DNA from: an uncultured Acidobacteriota bacterium
Lineage (GTDB): Bacteria > Acidobacteriota > Thermoanaerobaculia > Multivoradales > JAHEKO01
Assembly: GCA_963713825.1 (NCBI GenBank)
Contig: CAVQNG010000003.1
Span: forward strand, 736,001-800,000
DNA: 64,000 nucleotides
Direction: 5' to 3'
The notes beneath the pieces are model-generated. The model was not told the origin of the DNA. It searched no databases and was given only the letters and a program-made list of their open reading frames with translations. This document shows positions 43,591 to 52,860 of this stretch, one piece after another. Both the position numbers and the translations under genes were made by a program. Position 1 is the first letter of the stretch. Every line of letters begins with the position of its first letter.

Positions 43591-45045
43591 CTATGGGCCG
43601 GCTACCAGGCTCTCGCGAGGCCACACATAGCTGGCCGCCAGGCCAACTGCGAACGTCCCCAACGAGCCAACCAGGGCGAACCAGGGCCACGCCAGGGGTG
43701 TGGCGAAGAAGACGATCAACATGCCGACCAGGCCCACGACGAGGCCGACCAGGGCAGCTCGCTGACCGACCCGCTCGGTGAAGATGCCGAGAAAGAAGAC
43801 GCCGAGAACGATCCCCGTGGTGAACGCGGCGATGCCGAGAACGCTCGCCACAACGGTCGATTGGAGCCACTGCCCGGCAATACCGACGCCGATCTGCACC
43901 AGGCCGAAGCAAGCGGTCAGGATGCGGATCACCCGCAGTTTCCGCGCCGGTGTGATCTCGCTCCCGACCAGGGGAAAGTACAGGTCGTTCGCTGCCGCCG
44001 TCGCGCACGAGTTGAGCGAGCTCGACAGCGTCGACATCGCCGCGGCAAAGATGGCGCCCAAGAGCACTCCCAGGACGCCCACCGGTATGTGGTCCAGAAT
44101 GAACCGCGCGAAGACGCGATCGTTGCGCTCGAAGGCGACCTCCGGCGGCAAGAGCTGATAGAAGCAGTAGAGCCCGACGCCGATCAGCAGAAATAGCGCA
44201 AACTGGGCGAGAACGACGAAGCCGCTCGCAATCAGGGCAAGTCGTGCATCGGAGAGATTGCGCGCCGCGAGATAGCGCTGCACCATCATCTGGTCGACGC
44301 CGTGCGACCCGAGGGTGATGAACATCCCTCCGATGAGTCCGGCCCAAAGCCCGTATGGCTCACTCCAATCGAGCGTCGTGTCGAAGACCCGCAGCTTCCC
44401 TGCCGCCTCTCCCATGCTCATCATCTGCTGCCAGCCTCCCGGCAGGTGGTCTAGAAGGAGCCAGAACGCCAGCAGCGCCCCTCCCATGTAGACCATGAAC
44501 TGCAAGAAGTCGGTCCACAGGACGGCTCTCATCCCGCCGAGATAGGTATAGACGATCGTGGCAACGCCAATCACAATCACCGCCCAGACCATGGAGATGC
44601 CCGTCATCTCCTGCAAGACGATGGCCGAGAGAAAGAGTCTCAGGCCGTCCGCCAGGCTGCGGGTGACGATGAAGATCAGCGAGGCCGTCCTCTTGGTGGC
44701 TCCACCAAAGCGCTGGTCGAGAACCTCGTAGGCGGTGAAGAAGTTGCCTTTGAAGTACTGGGGCAACAGCAGGAACGCGACGAGAAAGCGGCCCAGTACG
44801 AAGCCGAAGACAATCTGCAGCCACGACATGTCCCGGCCGTAGGCGAAGCCCGGGATGCTCAAGAAGGTCACCGTGCTGGTTTCGGTGGCGACGATGGAGA
44901 AGAGGATCACCCACCACGGCAAGTCCCGCCCACCAAGCATGAAGTCGGCGGCCGTGCGCGTCGCCCGGCCGACCCACATGCCGAGAAACACGACGCCAGC
45001 CATGTAGGTCAGCAGGATCGCCAGGTCGATGGCTCCGACGCTCAA
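43591..45045 (-). CDS. Sodium:solute symporter (SSS family)
   Basis: SIVATETS..TF, DQMMVQRYL, AAAMSTLSSSLNS. Confidence 0.93.
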   Translation of the reverse strand: MSVGAIDLAILLTYMAGVVFLGMWVGRATRTAADFMLGGRDLPWWVILFSIVATETSTVTFLSIPGFAYGRDMSWLQIVFGFVLGRFLVAFLLLPQYFKGNFFTAYEVLDQRFGGATKRTASLIFIVTRSLADGLRLFLSAIVLQEMTGISMVWAVIVIGVATIVYTYLGGMRAVLWTDFLQFMVYMGGALLAFWLLLDHLPGGWQQMMSMGEAAGKLRVFDTTLDWSEPYGLWAGLIGGMFITLGSHGVDQMMVQRYLAARNLSDARLALIASGFVVLAQFALFLLIGVGLYCFYQLLPPEVAFERNDRVFARFILDHIPVGVLGVLLGAIFAAAMSTLSSSLNSCATAAANDLYFPLVGSEITPARKLRVIRILTACFGLVQIGVGIAGQWLQSTVVASVLGIAAFTTGIVLGVFFLGIFTERVGQRAALVGLVVGLVGMLIVFFATPLAWPWFALVGSLGTFAVGLAASYVWPRESLVAGP

Positions 45046-45097
45046 TCGTCACCTCCCCCGATCGACGCTCGCCAGGCTCGTGCTACGAGAGATTGGG

Positions 45098-45838
45098 TCA
45101 TCCGCGCGGCATTATATGTCTCAACGCCGGCCATTCACCGCCGGCCGCCGCGAGATCGAGGACCACATCGAGCCTGTCGTGGCCGCGGAGCAACGAGCAG
45201 GGCCACGCGGGCGTTTCCGGTCCGTCCAGCAGCGCGTGCACGGCCTTCGCCTTGGCTTCGCCGACCGCCAGCATGACTAGACGACGGGCGGAGAGCAGCG
45301 TTTCCACCCCCATGGTGACAGCCCGCAGGGGTCTCCAGTCCTCGGGTACTTCCAGGGACTCTGCCAAATCCGGGGGAAGCAGCACAGGGTGGGTTGTTGC
45401 CTGTGGTGGTCCAGGTAGGTTGTAGGCCACATGGCCATCCGCTCCAACTCCCAGGAACACCAGGTCCAGGCCTCCCGCCGCCGCCACGGCTTCATCGTAG
45501 CGCGTGCATTCGAGCCCGGGCTCTGCCTCTGCTTTGGGGATGTCGCATCGCTCGGGGTCGAGACCGATGCGCGTCCAAGCGTGGCGCCGCATGAAGCTCT
45601 GAAAGGAGGCCGGATGATCCCCGGGCAGTAGCAACTCGTCGAGGTTGAAAGCCTTGGCCCGGGAGAGATCCAGGTCTCCCTGGGAGTGGAGCCTCGACAA
45701 CTCCTCGTAAACGGGAATCGGCGTGCGGCCCGTAGGTAACCCCAGAACCAGCTCGGGCTCGTCGCTGGCGGCGAGCGCGATCAATGCCGCGACCGATCTC
45801 GCGGCGGCGTGCGCATCGCTGTGGATCAGAAGGTTCAA
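45098..45838 (-). CDS. nagB: Glucosamine-6-phosphate deaminase
   Basis: LGLPTGRTP, FNLDE, LGVGADGHVAYN, AVTMG. Confidence 0.9.
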   Translation of the reverse strand: MNLLIHSDAHAAARSVAALIALAASDEPELVLGLPTGRTPIPVYEELSRLHSQGDLDLSRAKAFNLDELLLPGDHPASFQSFMRRHAWTRIGLDPERCDIPKAEAEPGLECTRYDEAVAAAGGLDLVFLGVGADGHVAYNLPGPPQATTHPVLLPPDLAESLEVPEDWRPLRAVTMGVETLLSARRLVMLAVGEAKAKAVHALLDGPETPAWPCSLLRGHDRLDVVLDLAAAGGEWPALRHIMPRG

Positions 45839-46596
45839 AGCTCTCCAAAATGGGTCAGCAGAATGCCCCCCTCACTGATGGCTCGGAGCGCCTCAGGATG
45901 GGTCAGAACTGCGAGCTCTTGTTCGCGCTCATCGGCATAGCTGCTGTCGAGGCGTAGTGCCTCATCGACCCTGGCCGGATGGCACATCAACTCCGTGACT
46001 CCCGGCGCGAGATTGCCCAGGATCTCCAGAAGAACCTCCAGCCGCGCCTCGGAGCCGAAGAAGCGCTCGACAAAAAAGTCACTGGTCGCGACACCCGCCT
46101 GGCGCAGCCGCTCTCCGACTTCGTCCGAGGCGTTACGGACCGGCAAGCTGTACCTCTCAGCAATCTTGACCAGGGCATCGCAGACCATGGGTAAGCGGTG
46201 AGAGTGGTGGTGGCTGTCGAGATGCGTTGGCAAGCGACCAGCCAGGGCACGGAAGCGCTCGAACTGGGCCTCGACCTCGGCCATCACCTCCTCGGGGCGC
46301 GCCCCCTCGAGGCCCTCTGGCTTGGCGGGAAATCTCCCCTCCCCATCAACCAGACTGGGCACCTCCTCTGATGGCAAGATTGGCCTCCCCCCTGTCAGGG
46401 CGACGTGAAGGCCGATACCGATTTCCGGGGAGCTTGCCCATGCCTCGGTTGCTTCCTTGGCGGGGGTGAATCCCACCATGAGCGTTGCGCTGGTGACCAG
46501 GCCCCGGGCGTGTGCCTCGAAGATCCCGGCATTGATGCCCGGAGTCCGCCCCAGATCGTCGGCATTGACGATGAGTCGCTTCTCTGTTTCAGGCAT
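45835..46596 (-). CDS. ChbG/YdjC/HpnK-family carbohydrate deacetylase
   Basis: LIVNADDLG, GLHV, PTHLDSHHH, ELMCHP; ATG 46596 overlaps the kinase stop. Confidence 0.92.
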   Translation of the reverse strand: MPETEKRLIVNADDLGRTPGINAGIFEAHARGLVTSATLMVGFTPAKEATEAWASSPEIGIGLHVALTGGRPILPSEEVPSLVDGEGRFPAKPEGLEGARPEEVMAEVEAQFERFRALAGRLPTHLDSHHHSHRLPMVCDALVKIAERYSLPVRNASDEVGERLRQAGVATSDFFVERFFGSEARLEVLLEILGNLAPGVTELMCHPARVDEALRLDSSYADEREQELAVLTHPEALRAISEGGILLTHFGEL

Positions 46597-47492
46597 TAGC
46601 TCAACAGCTCGAGGGCTAGCGTCACGGCACCGGTCGCCGGCTCTTTCTCCAGTCGAACAACCTCTGCCTTGGGCAGATCCAGATTGCTCTCGACTCGCTC
46701 GAAGAGACTGGGACAGGCTCGGAAGGCGCCACCGGCGAGTACCAGCGGGTAGTTCTCGGTGAACGTCAGCTTTCGATCGACGGCCCTGGCCGCCCGTGCC
46801 AGATGCTGTGCCGCCTGATCCAAGAGTGAGTTCGCCGCCACGTCGCCGTCGTCGGCCGCCTCCTGGACGACACTGGCCAGCTTGGCCACGCGGTCGCGGG
46901 ACAGCTCCTGGTCGTAGAACCACTTGACGAGACCCTCGGGAACGTCCAGGTCGAGCTTCTGGGAGATGAGATCGAAGAGCGTTGTCGCCGGCCCTCGGCC
47001 GTCCACCGCCCGCACGCCCTGCCGCACCGCCGCGTGACCCAACCAGAAGGCCGACCCTTCGTCACCCAGGAGGTAGCCCCAACCACCAGAGCGAGCCGTC
47101 TCGCCGCTCGGGTCCACCCCGTAGGCGATCGAGCCGGTCCCCGCCGAGACCACGATGCCGATCCCCTCCGGCGCTCCCGCCACCAGGGCGATGAGCGCGT
47201 CGTTGACGATCGAAATATTCTTGCGCAGTCCTAGTCGGCGTAGCAGGCCCTGGATCAAAGCCTTCTCTTCGGGTCTGTCCACACCCGCCATGCCGAGGCA
47301 AATCGTGTCGATCGGACCTGGGGCCTCCAGGTCTTCGATGACCTGATAGAGGACCTTCTCCACGCTCAACTCGCCGTGGATGACGAGATTCGCTCCCCCG
47401 CCGCGGGCCTTGGCGAGAACCTTGCCCGTCTCGTCCGCCAACAGACCTACCGTCTTCGTGCCACCCGAATCGATGCCGACGACATATCGCAA
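46596..47492 (-). CDS. BadF/BadG-type N-acetylglucosamine/N-acetylmuramate kinase (MurK-like)
   Basis: GIDSGGTKT, GMAG, ND, AGTGS, GGWGYLLGDEGS. Confidence 0.9.
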   Translation of the reverse strand: MRYVVGIDSGGTKTVGLLADETGKVLAKARGGGANLVIHGELSVEKVLYQVIEDLEAPGPIDTICLGMAGVDRPEEKALIQGLLRRLGLRKNISIVNDALIALVAGAPEGIGIVVSAGTGSIAYGVDPSGETARSGGWGYLLGDEGSAFWLGHAAVRQGVRAVDGRGPATTLFDLISQKLDLDVPEGLVKWFYDQELSRDRVAKLASVVQEAADDGDVAANSLLDQAAQHLARAARAVDRKLTFTENYPLVLAGGAFRACPSLFERVESNLDLPKAEVVRLEKEPATGAVTLALELLS

Positions 47493-47535
47493 GAGATCAC
47501 CCCTCCTCCAGACGGTTCAGAGAATACAGGACTTC

Positions 47536-48546
47536 CTACCCTTCACGTGGTCGTACTCCCAGTCCCGGTTCCTTCGGCAGGAGGAGTCGGCCGTCCCTGA
47601 CCGTGACACCGACAAAGGGATCGTCCTTGATCAGAAGGTTGCCATCGAGATCGGCATGGTCGACGAGCGGCGACAGGTGGGCAGCGGCAGTGATGGCCAG
47701 GGACGACTCCACCATGCACCCCAGCATGACTTGCATCCCGTGAGCCCGGGCCACGGCGATCATCCGTCGGGCCTCGGCAATACCACCGCACTTCATGAGC
47801 TTGATGTTGATCCCATCGAAGGCTCCAGCCAGGCGGGGAATGTCGGTAGCCCGGTGGACGCTTTCGTCGGCAAACAGAGGCAGGGGGCTGAGCCGACGCA
47901 ACTCGCGCATCTCCTCGATCTGCCCGGCCGGCAGCGGCTGCTCGACCAACTCGACGCCCATGAACTCGAGCCACTCGAGCCTCGCTTGGGCTCCCTCCAG
48001 CGTCCAACCTTCGTTGGCATCGACCCGCAAGGGTCGATCTGTAACCCCTCGAACGGCTTCCAGAATCTGCCGATCATCGTCCGACCCCAGCTTGACCTTG
48101 AGTACCTCGTAGTCGCCGGCCTCCTTGACCTTCGCCTCCACGACCTCCGGCGTGTCCATTCCGATCGTGAAGGAGGTCACCGGCGCCTGCCGTGCATCGA
48201 TCCCCAGCAACTCATAGAGAGGCACCCCCAGCCTCTTGCCCGCCATGTCGCAAAGCGCCATGTCCATCGCGGCCTCGGCGGCAGCTTCGCCAGGGACGGC
48301 GACACTATTCGCCGCCGAGTCGTAAGCCGCAGGGTTGGTCAATCGCTCCGCCATCGACTCTGCGGCCCTGGCTGCCGAATCGCAATCCTGACCATAGCGC
48401 TCGATGGGCGCCGCCTCTCCGAGCCCCACGACTCCGCCCTGCTCCAGTTCCAAGACAAGCGTCTTTCGGGTGTCGCTCGCCCCGCGCGCCAGGCGAAAGG
48501 TGTGGCGCAGCTCGAGGCTCTGTTGAAGGTGTCGTAGCTGGATCAT
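47536..48546 (-). CDS. L-Ala-D/L-Glu dipeptide epimerase (enolase superfamily)
   Basis: TSFTIG, KVKLG, DANEGW, EQP, DES, NIKLMKCGG, GCMVE, DLDG. Confidence 0.92.
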   Translation of the reverse strand: MIQLRHLQQSLELRHTFRLARGASDTRKTLVLELEQGGVVGLGEAAPIERYGQDCDSAARAAESMAERLTNPAAYDSAANSVAVPGEAAAEAAMDMALCDMAGKRLGVPLYELLGIDARQAPVTSFTIGMDTPEVVEAKVKEAGDYEVLKVKLGSDDDRQILEAVRGVTDRPLRVDANEGWTLEGAQARLEWLEFMGVELVEQPLPAGQIEEMRELRRLSPLPLFADESVHRATDIPRLAGAFDGINIKLMKCGGIAEARRMIAVARAHGMQVMLGCMVESSLAITAAAHLSPLVDHADLDGNLLIKDDPFVGVTVRDGRLLLPKEPGLGVRPREG

Positions 48547-48689
48547 GCCTCGCCTTCCCTTGTTTCCCTCGGCCAACCGGAGCATTTTATCTCGGCGACA
48601 GAGCCCCACCTGCGGGCTGGAAGTCCCGCTTGCTGTGTTATACAAAGTCCCTCTCACAACGAATCCGATAACAGAGCTGCCTGCCGACC

Positions 48690-50753
48690 ATGCGCGCTAC
48701 AAACTCCATCCTTGCATCACTCCTGGCGATCGGCTTCACGCTACTGGCCTGCGGCCCCGAGTCTTCGAAACCCGGGTCGGCAGCGAAGTTCGAGTCTCGT
48801 GCCTCGCAACCCCCCTCCATTCTCCTGGTCACCCTCGACACGACAAGGGCCGACGCCCTGGGTTTCGAGACGGACAGCGTCGATACCCCCTCTTTGGATG
48901 CTCTGGCGGCGCGCGGCCAAGTATTTTCGCAGGCCTATGCCACCGCCCCTATGACGCTACCGGCCCACACCTCGATCCTGACCGGTCTCTACCCGTCAGA
49001 GCACGGCATCCATGAGAACGGCAGGAGATTCGCCGATTCCGAAAGCCTGTTGGCAGGCAAGCTCCAACGTCTCGGCTACAGCACTGCAGCCTTCGTCTCC
49101 GCCTTTCCCTTAGCGGCCGAGTTCGGACTGGCCTCGGGCTTCGATCACTACGACGACGGGCTGCCGGCCAATCAATCCGAGCGGCCGGCCAACGAGACCA
49201 CTGCCCGGGCGTTGGATTTCCTGAAGCAGACTTCGGCCACCCCGCTGTTCGTCTGGGTTCACTATTTCGATCCGCATGAACCCTATGAACCTCCGGAGCC
49301 CTTTCGGTCCCAGTACCCGAAGGACCCCTATCTCGGCGAGATCGCCTTCATGGATCGAGAGTTGGGCCGCTTGACGAGCGCCTTCGAAGCGCGGCTCGAA
49401 GGCAAGCCCTACAAGATCGTGGTGGCTGGAGACCATGGTCAGGGTCTCGGGGACCATGGCGAAGCCTTACACGGCAACCTGCTCTACCAGGGTGTGACGC
49501 GGGTTCCACTCATTGTTGCGGGGTCCGCAGTCGCTGCCGGCCGGATCGACGTTGCTGTCAGCACTCGCCGCATCTTCGACACCCTCCTCGGCTGGGCCAG
49601 CAGTGAAGACGCGAGCCCTGGTCTGTTGAGTGCCGCAACCGAATCCGTGCTGGCTGAGGCGTTCAAGCCCTATCTGCAGTACGGCTGGCAACCGCAAGTC
49701 ATGGCGGTCGATGGATCGACGAAGATCATCCTCTCGGGAGAGCTGGAAGTCTTCGACATCATTGCCGACCCGGCGGAAGCGACTGACCTCGCGGGTCGCG
49801 TCCAGGTCGATCCGGAGGTGATGAAGACGGTTCGAGACCACTGGGAGCGAGCCCTCTCTGGCCCCTTGGAGTCCGGTGCCATCTTGGGGCAGGAGGCGAC
49901 GGAGCGGCTGGCAAGCCTCGGCTATATCGGCTCTGAAGGGAACCCGCTGCTGCGCGACGGAGCGCCCAATCCGAAGGACATGGTCGACTTGTTCCACGAT
50001 CTCGATGTCGGCTCGGTGCTTTTCGTCCGCAAGGAGTACGAAAAAGCCTTGCCGCTCTACGAGCGCGTCCTCTCCGCTGATCCCTACAATCGTGCCGTCT
50101 GTCTCCATCTTGCCGTGGCTCATTCCGTGCTCGGTCATGAACAACGCGCTCTCGAGTACTTCGACCGCGCCAGGAAGATCAGTCCCGACTCTGTGGATCT
50201 ACAGCACTACCAGGCTATGCATCACTTTCGTCTTCAGCAGTGGGAGGAGGCCGAGCCCCTCTTCGAGATCGTCCTCGCCGCAACACCCGACAGGCTGCCG
50301 GCGCTAGAGTGTCTGGCTCAGATCCGCGAACGGCAAGGCCGCATCGAGGAAGCGAGCTCACTTCTCGAACGCATCGTGACCCTGAAGAGCGAACCGCAAG
50401 CCGAGTTTGTGAAGTTGGGTGAGATGAGAATGTCGGTCGGCGACACCCAGGAGGCGATCCGAGCTTTCGAGAGCGCTCGGGTACTTCAAGAGCAGGAGTT
50501 TGATCATTCCCTGGAGTTGGGGGTGCTCTATCTGGCCGACCGGCGACTCGTCGAGGCGGCAGCGAGCCTGGACAGGGTGACCCCTACCCACCCGGCCTAC
50601 CCCTTGGCGCTCTTCAAGCGCGCCCAGGTCAGCGTCCTGCTCGGTGAGCCCGACCGCGACCAGCGCATCCAACTGGCGCGCGACAACGCCGATGCCACGA
50701 CCGCACCTCTGATCGCCAACGAAAAACTGTTCAAAGGCCCACCAGCTCCTTAG
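48690..50753 (+). CDS. Sulfatase-like (alkaline phosphatase superfamily) hydrolase with TPR repeats, lipoprotein
   Basis: Lipobox LLAC; DTTRAD, TLPAHTSILTG, HYFDPH, DHG, LGYI, C-terminal TPRs. Confidence 0.88.
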   Translation: MRATNSILASLLAIGFTLLACGPESSKPGSAAKFESRASQPPSILLVTLDTTRADALGFETDSVDTPSLDALAARGQVFSQAYATAPMTLPAHTSILTGLYPSEHGIHENGRRFADSESLLAGKLQRLGYSTAAFVSAFPLAAEFGLASGFDHYDDGLPANQSERPANETTARALDFLKQTSATPLFVWVHYFDPHEPYEPPEPFRSQYPKDPYLGEIAFMDRELGRLTSAFEARLEGKPYKIVVAGDHGQGLGDHGEALHGNLLYQGVTRVPLIVAGSAVAAGRIDVAVSTRRIFDTLLGWASSEDASPGLLSAATESVLAEAFKPYLQYGWQPQVMAVDGSTKIILSGELEVFDIIADPAEATDLAGRVQVDPEVMKTVRDHWERALSGPLESGAILGQEATERLASLGYIGSEGNPLLRDGAPNPKDMVDLFHDLDVGSVLFVRKEYEKALPLYERVLSADPYNRAVCLHLAVAHSVLGHEQRALEYFDRARKISPDSVDLQHYQAMHHFRLQQWEEAEPLFEIVLAATPDRLPALECLAQIRERQGRIEEASSLLERIVTLKSEPQAEFVKLGEMRMSVGDTQEAIRAFESARVLQEQEFDHSLELGVLYLADRRLVEAAASLDRVTPTHPAYPLALFKRAQVSVLLGEPDRDQRIQLARDNADATTAPLIANEKLFKGPPAP

Positions 50754-50774
50754 GGACTCCGGATCGCTGGACTG

Positions 50775-51105
50775 GAGATTCGTTCGGGTGGTCCGACAGG
50801 GGACGGCGTCGGCTACTCAGACTGCAACGGGAGGCCGCCACATCGTCTCGTCATCACGCCCCCTCTCCTGTGCTCTCTCGTGGACCTTGCGCTGCGCTCG
50901 ACTCGGCGCCCCCTGTCGGACCACCCGAATGAACCTCTGGCATCGTTGAAGGCAATAGGGGCTTAGGGCAGTAGGGGCGTAAGGGCCTAGGGGTCTAGAG
51001 GAATGGGAGGGGGGCCACGGCCTCAAAGAACGGCCGGAGGTACAACGGCCGCCTCAACCCCAAGCACCCAAGGAACGGACGGACGTAGTCCGGGCGCCTC
51101 AACCC
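50775..51105. repeat. Composite repeat cluster 4, including a 163-bp element bounded by 28-bp inverted repeats
   Basis: gagattcgttcgggtggtccgacagggg (50775-50802) vs cccctgtcggaccacccgaatgaacctc (50910-50937), 2 mismatches; the rest is an inverted copy of cluster 3. Confidence 0.85.
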
Positions 51106-51106
51106 T

Positions 51107-52027
51107 CTAGGACACGGCTCCTTCGAGGGCGACGAGCGTGCCGTTCGTGGCATCCAGGTGAACCTCGGTGCCGTAGGGTAGGGCCGTGTTGCGGTCTCCG
51201 TGGCCAAAAGTGCCACCGAAAACAACCGGAACAGCGAGCCTCTCGAGGCGCTCAACGAGGACCTCGCGGGTCGTGGGGTGCTGCTCGACCCCTACTTGGA
51301 TGTCGTCACAATCGGTGAAATCGCCAACCACGACTCCCGACACCCGGGACAGCACACCGGCCAGCTCGAAGTGCGTCAACAGTCGATCGACGCGGTAGGG
51401 AAGCTCTCCAACGTCCTCGAGAAACAGCACCGCACCGTCGAACTCGGGCTGCAGGCTTGTGCCCAGAAGTCGCGACAGCACTTCCAGGTTGCCTCCCAGA
51501 AGAGGCCCTCGCGCCACACCCGAAACCACATTCTCGAGCCCAAGCAACAGGATGCCGGGCTCCGGATTCTCGAGCAGTCTGAAGAGGGACTCTCTGTCTT
51601 CACGGGGAAGTCCCGCGAACTGACTGATCATCGGCCCGTGGATCGCTGCCACTCCGGACCGGGCGCATGTCGCGAGCAGCGCCGTGACATCGGAGAAACC
51701 GACGATCGGTTTCGGTCTCTCCAGAAGGGCCCGGCTGTCGATTTGCGCCAGGATTCGCAGCAAGCCGTACCCCCCACGGGCGAGAAAGATGGCTCTGCAC
51801 TCGGGGTCCGCGATGGCGGTGTTGAGCGCCTCCAACCGATGGTCGTCGTCGCCGGCCAGGAAGCCGTGCTTGGAGAAGAGGCTGGCCTCGTCGAAACATA
51901 GATCGTAGCGCCCCTCCAGGGCCTCGAGACCAGCCATGAACCGCTGCCTGTCGACCGGCCCTGAAGCCGCTACGACTCGAACCCGGTCCCCGACTTCCAG
52001 GCGGGGGGGGCGAAGGATCGCGCTCAT
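51107..52027 (-). CDS. ldcA: LD-carboxypeptidase (S66), cytoplasmic
   Basis: RGGYG, GFSDVT, HGP, GGNL, LEDVGE, FGH; no signal peptide. Confidence 0.9.
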   Translation of the reverse strand: MSAILRPPRLEVGDRVRVVAASGPVDRQRFMAGLEALEGRYDLCFDEASLFSKHGFLAGDDDHRLEALNTAIADPECRAIFLARGGYGLLRILAQIDSRALLERPKPIVGFSDVTALLATCARSGVAAIHGPMISQFAGLPREDRESLFRLLENPEPGILLLGLENVVSGVARGPLLGGNLEVLSRLLGTSLQPEFDGAVLFLEDVGELPYRVDRLLTHFELAGVLSRVSGVVVGDFTDCDDIQVGVEQHPTTREVLVERLERLAVPVVFGGTFGHGDRNTALPYGTEVHLDATNGTLVALEGAVS

Positions 52028-52122
52028 CCCCCGATCCTATCCGCTCATCCTCGGAAGCGGGCCGAGCGACGGCCCCGAATACCTTACAATCGAACCCTCT
52101 CGCGCTGCCGGAGTCGACACCA

Positions 52123-52836
52123 ATGCCTCAGAGAACCCGCTTCGCTGATCTCCTCTCTGCCTGTACCGGAATCGTACTTATGGCGGCGTTGGCAGGCTGC
52201 GCCTCCTCGCCGGCGATTCATGATCGACCCGTCTCCTTTTCTGCCGCCCGACAACAGGCAACGCTCGATTACATCGCCAAGCATTACGGTAAAGAACCCT
52301 TGGACATCTCGATCGAGCCCCGAATCATCGTTTTGCATTGGACGGCGATCCCCGACCTCGCCGGCTCTTTTGCTGCCTTCGAGGCCGAGCAGCTGCCGAG
52401 CTCTCGCCCAGACCTGGCAATGGCTGGACAGGTCAACGTCTCGATCCAGTTCCTCGTCGATCGCGACGGCACCGTCTACCGCCTCATGCCCGAGACGTGG
52501 ATGGCGCGGCATACGATCGGACTCAACTACAACTCCATTGGGGTCGAGAATGTCGGCGGTGGCGACAGCGTCGACAACATGACCGCTGCCCAGATCGAGG
52601 CCAACATCCGGCTCGTGCGTTACTTGGCCAAGAAATACCCATCGATCGAGTACCTGATCGGGCACTCGGAGTATCGCGAATTCGAAGGTCACCCCTTGTG
52701 GCTCGAACTGGACGACGACTACCGCACCGAGAAGGTCGATCCCGGAGATCGTTTCATGACGGCGGTCCGCGATGCGGTCGCTACGATCGGCTTGAAAGGT
52801 CCGGACGACGTTCGAGCCGAAAAGGAAGTCGAGTGA
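52123..52836 (+). CDS. N-acetylmuramoyl-L-alanine amidase (Amidase_2/PGRP-like), lipoprotein
   Basis: Lipobox LAGC; IVLHWT, FLVDRDG, ARH..GLN..SIGVEN, GH, K.DPG. Confidence 0.9.
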   Translation: MPQRTRFADLLSACTGIVLMAALAGCASSPAIHDRPVSFSAARQQATLDYIAKHYGKEPLDISIEPRIIVLHWTAIPDLAGSFAAFEAEQLPSSRPDLAMAGQVNVSIQFLVDRDGTVYRLMPETWMARHTIGLNYNSIGVENVGGGDSVDNMTAAQIEANIRLVRYLAKKYPSIEYLIGHSEYREFEGHPLWLELDDDYRTEKVDPGDRFMTAVRDAVATIGLKGPDDVRAEKEVE

Positions 52837-52860
52837 GCAGCCGGGCTTGCTGAATTCCCG

